Source of the DNA: Candidatus Omnitrophota bacterium
Lineage (GTDB): Bacteria; Omnitrophota; Gorgyraeia; Gorgyraeales; Gorgyraeaceae
Reading direction: 5' to 3'
DNA: 64,000 nucleotides
NCBI GenBank assembly: GCA_030691625.1
Contig: JAUYDX010000042.1
Location: forward strand, 463 to 64,462
A program made the translations under genes and the position numbers. Below the pieces are notes generated by a model. The model saw only the letters and a list, made by a program, of their open reading frames with translations. It made no database searches and was not told the DNA's origin. This document shows, one piece after another, positions 27,001-39,000 of this stretch (its first letter is position 1; each line of letters starts with the position of its first letter).

Positions 27001-30000
27001 ATCGCCGAGGAAAGGCTTAGCCAGGTAAAGAGCCATAATATATTAAGGGTTCTGGAGTCGGAGAAGGCGGGGCAGACGGAGATATCCAGGAAGGTCACTG
27101 ATTTCAGGTGGGCAGATAGTTTCTCAAGGGGTATCGCGACAGGCACTAAGCTGGCTGGGGCGCTGGCTCAGCAGGGCCTTGCGAGCAGGGTAGATAAATT
27201 CAGGGAATATTTCATTCAGAAGGGTTTCATTGATGAGCATGGGAACCTTACAGTTCACGGCATGCTTTTCATAGAAGAGGTGTCAGCGTACCTGAGCCTG
27301 TCGCTTGACTTGAAAAAAATCATCAGCAAATTTATAGGTATAGAGTTATTGTCCGGTCAAGCTAAGCTTGAAGCAGGAGAACGACATAGCGACGCAGATA
27401 TTGAAAATGCTTTTAGTGTAGTAGAGGCTATGTATTTAAAAGGCGGGACAGACTTAAGTCTTTTAGGCTCCAGGCATTTTGGCATATTAGGCATAGCCAG
27501 TCTTATAAAGTTAAATAACGACCTTGGGTTAAATCCTGTTACAAAGGCATATATAGCAGGGCTTCAGAATGATGATAAAGATAAGGAGCTGGAGGCGCTG
27601 GAAGGCGTCCTTGGTAGATTAAAGACATCAGGCAACGCAAGCGAATACGGACAGTATATATCTGCGCTTCAGCGCATAATTGACACAAGGAAAGGGATTA
27701 TAAAGAAATTTGAGTCCAAGGACTCAAGGCTGACAGATATGATGAAGAATAACTATAGAGCAGCCAGGGCAATGGAAAGGTTAGAGGAGTTTAATAAGAA
27801 GGTAGGGGAATTAGGACCGAAGTTCAAAGAGGTGGGCATAACAGGAAAGATCAAGCTAGCTGTAGAGACTATCGGTATCAGGGATTTATGGAATCTCGGG
27901 CTCAGCATGGCATCTGTTCCTCTTATCATAAGCTATCAGAGGGCATCAAAGAATCTTGAGAATAAAGGCATCACAGGAAAGGAACTTGGAGAGCTTTCTG
28001 AATTGCTGAACGGCATAAATTATTTCAAGGAGGTAAAGATTTTTGAAGGAAAACGTACCCCAAAAAGGGAACGCGACCGGCTTTTTGATTTATATTTTTA
28101 TAAAGATAAAGATGGAAAGTACAAGAACCGAGGCGGCATAAATCCTTCTGCCCTGGATCCTTATGTATTATTCTTCAAGGATATGAAGCCGGATAAATAT
28201 AAGAATTTAATGAATTCCTGGGATAATTATAAATCCTTAGGATTATCCAGGGACTTTATAGAGGTAGTCAAGATGGAAAGGAATAAATTCCTGGATTATA
28301 TTGTAGGCGAGCTTAGAGGAAAAGACAATAAGGCAGTAGCCCGCGCAATAAGAGATATGGAAAGATTAACCCCTGGGCGCAATAAAGACCTTATGGCAAT
28401 AGGATGGAAGCCAGGACAGGCAGTCAATAAGGAGTCGATTGGAAAACTTGTTAGTCAGATTGCGGGGAGATTTGAGATTAAGAAAAAGGAAGATGTAGAA
28501 AACTTAATAAACAGGGCATTAGTAATCTATGCAGGACTTAGAGCAAATATCGAAGATATAGGCAATAATTATAAAAACGGCTTAAAGATATTAGGAGGGC
28601 GCCAAGTTCTGTTGCAGGTTCCAGGCGCTGATGGCAAGAAAAAAGAATTGAAAATAACTTTAAACCTGGTTGATTCTTATAGCATTAAGGTATTAGCCAA
28701 TAATGAATTTATGGATAAAGTCTTTTACATTTATAAGATGGGGAGAGAGTTAGATAAAGATGAGGATTTTGCCAAGTATTTATGCGGGGTAGAGCCGGTA
28801 AGCATGCCTCCGGAAATAGCAAGGCAGTTTGGGATGGAAGAAGGCATGCCCATGAGGGTACTTGAACTTTCCAAGCTTATAGGGATGGCGGAATTCCCTG
28901 AGACTATGGGCACATTAAAGAGCTTTATTGAAAAATTAACGCCTGAGATGTTGCCTGATGCTGATTGGAATAAGAAGAAAGATATATACAGGCAGAGGGT
29001 AAGCGCCATAGAAAAATTCCTGGATGGAGAGGGCCTCAGACCACAGGAATTACAAGCGAGAATGGTAAAGGCAATAGAGCTTTATGACGGCCTTATAGAA
29101 AGAGGAGTAGATAAAATAATAGCAAGAGAATTTTGCCTGAATGCTGAGAAATTAGAGGCGTTAAAAGAAGAGTCTAAGGGAAAAATTTTAGAAAATGCGA
29201 AGCGCTTGATAGATTTAGTTGCGGCTAAACAGGATAAAACAAAAGAGCAGGAATTGATACCCTATCTTAGTGACCTGGAAAGGCTTTCAAGGCCTGATTT
29301 TGATGCCGAGGCCTTTATAACCAGGGCAATTGAGATTATAGACATTGTAAAGGCGCACGCCCAAGCAGTTATAGACAGCGCAAAGGATAAAATAAAAGAA
29401 TTCAAAGATTATAATATAGTTATCAGGATAGAGCTTAATACAGGAAGGGCAACCATGACCAATGCCTATTCCAATGGATCAAGCAGTGATGATAATAGAT
29501 ATGTAGGCTTTGATATCAGGTTTGTCAGAGAGCTTATGGGTATCGCAGAGACAGCAGGGGCTGATTCTGAAATAATAAAGGATGAGGTACAGAGAAAGAC
29601 CAGGCATGAGTTAGGGCATCTGAATAAGAATATAAATTCATGGGACATAGCTACTTACCTGGGAGATGAGAAATGGCAATTGATAAAGGATCAAAATGGT
29701 GGATATGGAAAGGTGCAGAACTTCCTGGAAAATATATACAATGAGGTATTTGGCGTGAGTGATATAAAGATTGCCATTACAGAAGAGAATGTCAATGGCA
29801 GTTATTACTATATCTTAAAGCAGGTAAAGGGAAACGCCGGGCCAAAGGAAATGAAGACCAAGCAGGGCCTGAGGTTAGGCGGGCTCAATCTCATAGAGTA
29901 TCTGGCTAATATACAACTATACAGGGGCAATGAAAACGATACAAACGCATTTATAGAAAATATCGCCTATGCCCTGTGGTTTGATTTAAGGTACAGGCTT

Positions 30001-33000
30001 CCAGCGAGAGGAGACCTTAGAAAGCGCGCAATAGACCAGGTAAAGCAGTTGCAGGAGATTTCCTTATTAAGGTATTTCCTGCCGGCTGGTATGCGCGCCA
30101 AGTTCAATGACCTGGTGGCTGATAAGATTATCGAAATAGACAATAAGCTTGAGAGTGAAAAGGCGGAAAGGATAAGAAAGCCTCTTATGGCTCAGGAACA
30201 GGCTGTTCCTATTCAAGAGCCGGTAAATGTGTATCAGGGAATGAGTTTCTATGAATTCTTAAAAGCCCAGATAAGGGATTTGCAGGATGAGGAATATAGA
30301 AATCTTCAGGACCTGTTTGAAGGGACGCTTAGCAAACCGATCAGGGATAGGTTAATTGCTGAAGGCAGACTGGTCCAGGGCCAGCATGCGACAGCTTATC
30401 AGCTCTTAGATGGTAGATGGTTAAAGATATTTGATAATAAGAGCCCTGAGATAAATAAAAGGTCGTATCTAAGATATGAAGAAGGCAAAAGATCTTTAAC
30501 TCCGGATCAGGTCGTTCCTTACACTATAGAGAAATTCACGCTGGCTAACGGCAATATTAAATATGTACATGTCCTGCAAGAGAACTCTATTACAGCGAGA
30601 AATGAGATACAGTCTCTTATTAAGTCCCATAATGTTGAGGCGGCTGACAGGAAGATGATTAGATTGGAAGATGCCTTATGGAAATTAGGCGAAACCTGCG
30701 TATTTGATATTGAAGAGGGGTCAATATCAGTCATACTTGATAATATTTCAGGGGACGGCAAGGTTATAGATATCGCAAGCCTGAGGTTCAACAATGAAAA
30801 ACCAATAACCGAATCAGATATTCAGAGAACAATAGACAGATTGGACGCAGAATATAAAGCATTAAAAGAACAGATAGCCCCTGAAACTAAAGCTTCACCC
30901 GCGGAAACTAAACCAGCTGAACAGCCAGCGCCAGATGAGAATCTACTTGAACAGCCATTAGCAGAAGTTGCTACGCCAGAACCTGAAGCTAAGCAAGTTC
31001 CAGTATTGGTCCAGAAAGAAGACGAAGTTCTTATGAGCTTAGAAAAAGTGGTGAGAGATTTTTATAAAAGCGATAGCGTCAAAATGAAATCAATTGATGA
31101 ATTAGATGAAGCTAAATGGAACAGTATTAGGCAGGCATTGAAAACAGTTTTTAACGAGATAAATGAGTTAAACAAGCTATTGCCAAAAGCAAAACAATTT
31201 GATGAAGCAAGAGATAATATCTATCAGTACATGGTTTCATTGGCGAGCGTAGAGAATGATAGGTTAGAAAAAATTGTTAATAAAGCCAATCAGATTACTG
31301 ATCTTAAAAAGTTGCAAGCAATATTAAGCCAGGCAAATAACTTAAAAGATTTTATTGATTCTATAATAGCAGGCGGAGAAATAGGAGAAGGAAAAAGCTA
31401 TCAGCGCAGGAGAGCGGAAGGTATTATAAAAAACTTAGAATATCCAATAGGCAAAGCAGAAGGGAAGATTCGCGATGCTCTAAAGGAAGCAGATGTGTTT
31501 GAATTCATAGAAATACTTGAGTTAGGAAACGGTGTAAGTTTTGAAGAGATAGGTATATTATACAATAGGTTTATAGATGCAAAAAGGGGACTCTCTTCTA
31601 ATGGGCTAAATATTGATTTTAATACAATGCTCCAGATTGCGCATATCCCACAACTAAGCGCAGAACTTGCAGATATGCTTAGAAATATGTATGCCCAGGA
31701 TGAGTCTGGAAAGATAGGTGAAACGCCTGCCTCGCAAGCAAAGAAACCGCTTAGTTCCAATGAGGAGATGGCTGTCCAGGAAGCGATTAGAGACGCTGTA
31801 AAAGAGATAAAGACGCTTTCAGGAATAAAGGAAGCCAGGGATAGATCTATAATAGCCATAGACGCAGCAATAGCGTTAAGAGAAAAAGATTCCGGAGCGA
31901 GCGAGAGGTTATATAACCAGGCAGTCAGGGATATTATGAAGGCATTTATTGACGCACGGGGCACAAGAGGGCCTCCGTTTAATGTCACTGAAGACGAGAT
32001 ACTCCTAAGCCCGCGCATAAGCTATATACTTAACAACATGCTGTCTCTCCTAGACAAGGAAATCAAACTTAATAAAAAATACACGCCAGAAGAAATACCC
32101 GGTTTTATAGATAATACGATTGAAAAAGCAATTGAGATAGACGCAAGCGACCCAGAATACCGTAAATTCGCAAAAGAGATTATCCATGACACAAACTGGC
32201 TGAGGCAGTGGATACTTCTCAGGCGTATGGGTATAAGCTATGTTAAATTTATCAGAGGAGATGATGAGTCTAGGGAGACCATGATAGTGGGAGCTGTGGA
32301 CGGAAGCAGGGTCAATGGCATGCATTGCGCAGTTCAGGGCGCAGCGGAATTAATGAATGACGAAACGAATCATAAGTTATTACGAGAAAACCTTGCCCAG
32401 CCGCAGCTGGATTTATTTAAATCAAAACTTAATAACCAGGGCAAGGTAGCCATTGATATTATCGCGGCAGAGATTGCTAAAAGGATTATCGATGTAATTA
32501 AAAATCCAAGGGCTGAGAGAAATAAGCACGTAAAAATAAACGAATTCTTATCTAACCTGGCAAAAGGCGATATATCTTTTCTGCCTATGCACCTTGTTCT
32601 TAATGACGCTTTTGGCGTGCCTACAGTAGCCGCAAATGTGTCTCCGGATAGATTAAGCGAAACCTCAGGACTTGTGATAATGAATGTGTTAGGAGAAAAA
32701 CCAGATGGGGAACTCGCTCCTCATCATTTACCAGGAAAGGCCGGCGGGTATATAAATACCGAGACCGGTAAACCTGTAATAGTCATAAAGGTAGGCAATA
32801 AGCTATACGGCATTGAACCAGAAGAATTATCAAGGCATTTTGAACCAGTCCAGGGACTGAATATTCTGGGCCTGCCGTGGGTCATAAATAATATAAGAGG
32901 AATAATGCCGTTAACTTTGGGAATGATGAATAAGGTTAATGGCAGCGCAGAGGTTACAGTGCCATGGAAAGGGCTTATACCTTTTGATCAGATTAAATAT

Positions 33001-36000
33001 GAGCCAATAGAAAAAACAGGGCGCCTTGGAGTTAGACCTGCCAGTCTAATATCGGTCTCGCCCCCGCGAGCCGTTCCAGGCGCCCCTGTTTCTAAAAATA
33101 TCTATGCATTTTTATTCCTTGGAAGTTTTGCTTTGATGTGGTGGATAACAGGACTATCCGAAGAGACTAGATTATTTTCTAATGACTTACTGAAGCTTAG
33201 ATTATTGATAGGTACCGGCATTGCGGTATTTTTTGGAATTTTGGCAGGCGCATTAAATAAATTATTTAAATCTTCTGAAAGTATCGTTAATAAGTATAAA
33301 GTTTCTTATACTATACCAAAACTAATTACCCGTATAGGAGTTGCAGCTGTTCTAGTGGAGATAGGGTTATTCAGGAGGCATTTTTATTTTGATGGATCTG
33401 TTGAAATGTTTGGGACAGTTAATCCTAAAGCCTATTTGAATTTCTCCAAAGGTAGTTTATTATACATAATAGATCATGGTTATTTTAATGATTTTATTAT
33501 CTTTTCTTGTTATACAGCCGGAATATTCTATATAATTTTATCTACTAGAGTGCTTTCAAATATTTTTGGAGCACTGCCTTCGATTAAAGATCTTATTTAT
33601 CGTAAGTCCTATGTGCCTCTTAAAAACATATTAGATATAGAAGAATATAAATTTTTTATAAATATTGCTGGCTTCTTAGGAGCATCTTTTATGGTATTTT
33701 TCATATGGTTTACTAACATAATAGATGAGTTTACTCAACGAGGGTCTTTTCTATTTGAGCATAGCATTCATCCAGAAGGGACTTATGATCCATTTGATCT
33801 GTTAGCCTATACTTCAGGCGCTGCGCTTAGTATGCTTTTGGCAAAATGGTTATTTGGTATCAAACGCAATAATCTACCTGCTTTGACCAGTACTTCTGAA
33901 AGCGGCGTTGTTGATGCGGATAAAAAGACACAGCCTGCAGAAGCCACTGTTTCTGAAATCAGCGTTGTAGGCATTCTTCTTTCCAAGCCAAAGCTAATAG
34001 CGAGACTACTGGGCCGGCGCGAACCCTGCGGGACAGGCGCTATAGTCGGGGAGAATGACAGTTCCTTCTTTGTACTGACAAATCATCATGTGGTTAGAGG
34101 GCTTAAAAAAATAGAAATATTTATTCCTAATAAGGAACGCGAGATAGTGATTCCAGCGAGCCTTGGGGCTTATACGAGATGGGGCGATCTGGCTTTACTT
34201 AAAGTTCTGAAAAAAGATATGCCTCAGGGTACTTCTTTTAAAGTAGGCGCTTTTGCCGATCCTCAAGGTTTAAAGGTATATAAACCCCTTATTTGTCAGA
34301 TCCTTGCTCCTGATTATTATACGGGCGCGGCGCTTATTGACACAAAACTGGATAGAATTGAGGCAAGGGCTTGGGGATCATCTAATACCCTTATTATTTC
34401 ACATAAGACATGGCCTGGGGCAAGCGGCGCGCCGGTTTTAGATGAAAATGGAAACATTATGGGAATAAATAGGATAACTATTGACAGGACTTCTGAAGCA
34501 ATTCCTTTAGATACAATAATGAAATTCCTCAATAGAAATTCTGTGCCGGGCGTAAAGATAGAATCGGCATCTCCGCGAGCCGTTCCAGGCGCTCTTGCAT
34601 CTGGAGGGACGGCACTTGACGCAAAGCGGTTTATAAAAGACCTGGAGAAAATGTTTAAAAGACAAGCTAAGAATATAGGGCAAGCTGTCGTATTAATAGC
34701 GCAAATGGTTTTTATGAGCTGGGTTGCCTGGAATAAGTTAGCGCCTATTATTCAGCGCATAGATATTGAGCATACTCTTTATTTAGGCGGGCTGGTATCG
34801 TTACTGATAGGTTTAAGTCTATTACTTATAAAAGAGGTGCGCTCTTTCCTGGGGTATACAAGAGAAGAAGAATACGCTGAAGAAGAAGAGATTCAAAAGC
34901 CAAGCATTGAACCGCCTAGCGGCCCGACAACTAAGATATCTTCAGGAGAGACTATAACAGTAACAGCAGCTGCTGGGTTAGGCATAGCTGTTGCTTTATT
35001 GACTCCCGCGCTATTACCTGCTTACGCAATCGGCATATCCGCTATCTTATTTATGAAATATTACATAAATCAGCAATTTAGTTTTGGCGGAGCAGGTGCT
35101 ATTGCGCTGCCAGGGCAGATGGGATGGAAGTTGCCTGGAATTACAAAAGAGAAGCCGCAGCCAGTGGCAGAGAAGCCAGGCGGGATTATTTCAGAAGAAT
35201 CTTCTGCCAGGTCTCCTCCGATTGTTTCTACGAGAAAGATTTCCGCTATTGCCATCTCATTGGGCATATGGTCTGTGTTAGCGTATTTAGGCACAGATCT
35301 TCTGACTGATTTTATCTCATCCTCTATCCCTGTCAAAGGCGAACTTACAGATATATATCAATATATATTGGCGTTTCAGGCGGCTGTGATGCATACCGTT
35401 AATGGCCTGGTGTGGTTTTTCGGAAGCGTGGCTGTATTATTGGCGAATATAACCGTCGCAGCCCGCATGGCATTCTATTTGAGGCCTACCAAAAAATTAG
35501 CTGAAGACTGGGCATCGAAGGTCAAGGGATTTGAACTTGGGCTTGAATCATTCAGGGCGCAAAATAAGGTATCAGGATTATTGGGCGGCATAGCGCACAT
35601 ATTCGTATTTGACCTGTCAAGGACAATGTACGGCTTTGCAGGCAGGAGCTTTGATAATCTTATCAAGATATATCTGGGTATAAAGCCAAAAGAAGAAATG
35701 ACGATGTCTGAAAGGATCTTTGCGGCAAGGGGCAAATCTTATGTTGCCCAGGCGTCATTATTACCGTTATTTGGGGCAGTGGGAATAGCATGGTCCAGGA
35801 TTAAGCTTAAGATATACAGCACTGTTACGCAGGTTATATTAATCAGCGCAGGAGGATTAGTAGCCACAGGCGTTGCATGGATGATAGGCGCTGAGCCAAA
35901 TGATTCCTTATCATGGCTTAGCGCGGCATTGAACTTTAATTTATTGACGCAATCTAAGCCAGCCCTGCTCGCGGGGCTTATCCTTACCCTGCCTTTAGCC

Positions 36001-39000
36001 AAGCGCAGCAAGGTATTTAAGTGGATATCAGCTCTTATGGCAGGCGCGCTTATGATACAGGGTTACATGGGCATTGACTGGGTGAGGGCAATGCTGGATC
36101 AAGGCGCTGGGATAAGGGGAGCAATAGTCCATATCTTTTCAGGTTTGGCCATGGCGAGTTCTTATACCCTGGCAGTGGCTTTGGCAACTGAAAGGCGCGC
36201 AAAAATACTTAGCGCTGAAGCTAGGCAGAAAGGCCAGAATTCCAATATTATCCTGACGTTTTTAATCGCGTTAAAAGAGCTGTTTATATTTAAGAAGTCA
36301 ATACCTATTAATGCCAAGGGGGATGTAAAGGCCACTATATGGCGGGCAGCTTTTGGGTCTGCCATAGGCATACATACTGTCAGCCTTGAGATAGAACTGT
36401 TTAAGGCATTTGGCGAGTTTAATAGCTACCTGAGGACTCTTATACTCAAGGTGGAAAGCCAGGAAGGAGTGCTTGGTATTGGAGATAAATTGATCAGCGC
36501 TCCGCTGGAGCCATTTGGCCTGGACATTAATCAGATTACAGCTCATTTGCCAGGGACATCCGGCATGACAACAGAGGAGATCGTAAACATAAAGAAACTT
36601 GAAGATATGGCTGACAGTAAGACAAGGCAGCTTAAGTGGATGCTTGAAGACGCGAAGAAACTTGAGGATAAAAAGCTTCTTAGCGGAGAAGATGTCAGCA
36701 GATGGAGAGAATCTGTTGAGGCAGAGATCGCGCGGTTAGAGCAGGAATTAAGGCATATTGAGGAGCGGTCAAGGGGCTTATTGGCGCTAGAAGAGAAAAA
36801 ATCGTTAGAGAACAGGATTAAGGAGCTTTCAACTAAGAGGGGCGCGCTTGAGACAATCAAACTCAGGATAATAAACAATAATTTAGCAGGATATAGAGAT
36901 TTTGCCAGGGTGACATTCCAGGAGATATTGCAGGCGCAGATGAGTTATGAACAGCTCGTAAATAAGAGCCGTATGGAAAGGGCTGTGAAGCAGGAGGAGG
37001 CTATTGCGGGAGAAAGACAGAAAGAGCCAGTCCCGGCAGAAAAGAAAGAAGAGCCTGCTGTAAAGAAAATTGAGCAGGCGCCTCTTGCGGCAACAGCCGC
37101 AGGAGCTGGTTCAGGCGGAGGCGAACCTGGAGGGGAAGGCGGGCCTAAGATTGATATAGGCCAGGCAACACCGCCTGTTATGCCTACTAGTACAGCAATC
37201 AGTAGTCAGGCAGAGCGCGATCAAGATACTGAAAGACGGGTGCATGGGCCTATGGCAGAGGAAGAGATGCCGATACTTGTAGAGCAGTCACAGGTCAGGG
37301 TTCAGCCAGAAGTTAAACAGCAGATAGGAGAGGGCAGAATACCTGATGTCTCTTTAAGTGATATGCAAAAGGATATCCTAGACCTATTGCCTTCAGAATT
37401 TGCGTCGCCTTTGACCTTGATCCCGGACCAGGCAGCGAGAAGGGCGTTTGATGAGCGCCTGAGCCAGGAAAACGGGCCTCGGCAGATGGTTATTGACGGG
37501 CCTGTGGACAGGGTAACTGAGCAGTATAAAGTTAAGGTGGATGGCCTGGAAACGGCAATGGAATTCTATATGATTGATGCGGAGGCGGTGAACAGGTTCT
37601 ATGAGAATAATGCCAAGGACTTTGTTTATTTCAAGATACTTAATGAAAACGGCGATGTTATAAGGACATATAATTATAGAGATCATAAATACGAGATACT
37701 CCAGCAGAATGACTGGTTTAAGCAGGGAAGATATAAAGCGATACAGGTCATTGACGGCAAAGAAAAAGAAATACAGACAGTTAAACAGCTTGAAAGGCAG
37801 GGCAGGATATTCTGTTACGATATAACAAAGCCGTATTATAAGCCAGGCGAATCAAGGATTGATTTCAGGAGGACAACAAAGGCAGAGCTTATGGCAAAGG
37901 AGCCTGAAGCGCTTAGGGTGTTCTTTGTGCCCGGAAACCAGAAGATAGACGAGTCTAAGGCGGCTACGCTGAATGACATTATAGCGCTTGGCGCAAAAGA
38001 GATTATAGGCGGCCAGAGCGCGTACATGGCTGAACTTAAGATAGCCATGTTTGACAGGGATACAGCTCAGAACAGGGTATATATTGAGAAGCTTCTGAAC
38101 GATGATAAGGGCAGTATATTTGGAGCTGTTCCTACTGACAGCCGCATAAGGGCATTGAAGACAGATCTGGGAATAAGCATAGCCAAAGACTTTGTGCTTT
38201 CTGTCAATATAGACAGACAATACAATCTTACATGGATCTGCTACAAAGTAGTCGAAAAAGCCGGAGAGGTGGTGTATAAGACAGCAAAATGGGAAAACGG
38301 GAAATGGAAGGATACGGGTGTCCAATATAGACTTACCGATGAAAAGAAAAGAGAGGGTTATGACAATGCCGCGGATGTAGCCATAGATGACATAGAAAAG
38401 AACATGAAGGTGCTTTCTGAGGATAATATCTGGTATGATTCTGAAAAATTCGGCGGGAGAAAGGCGCTAAAGATAGTAAATGGCAATACAGGGGATGAGG
38501 TCCGCTATCATTCACAAGAATTGACCAGGCAGAAAGAAAGGATTGAAAAGCAGAAGGTGTTAGTGAACCTTATTGTAGACAGCGCGCGTTCAGGCAAGGC
38601 GATCAATGAGGCAAAACTTACATTCCTTGGCCTGAACAGGTCTCAGTGGGCCACTATTATGGACGGTCAAAGGGCAGATAGATACGCTGAGATGATGGAA
38701 GGATGGGGCGGAAATCTGGGCACAGGAGAGGTATTTAACCAGGATAAAGATATGCCTATAGGAATGGCATTGCCTTTAGAAATAGCCTCAAGGACAGGGC
38801 CTTCGCAGTTCAGGATGTTCTTTGACAGGTTTAATAACCAGATTGTTTACGGCGCAAAGGCATTCAGCTACAGGATAGCTCTTATAGATAACCTTATAGA
38901 AAATTCTAAAAAGATAGCAGATGGCGCTGAAAATGGAATGGCGATATTTACAGTGAAGTATTCAGGTCTTGATGTGGTAAAGACAGGCCAGGACGAGTTA

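Noticed and set aside
32260-32295. DDESRETMIVGA as a second double-glycine leader
   Set aside because: Only positions -4, -2 and -1 fit; the hydrophobic -7 and -12 positions are missing.
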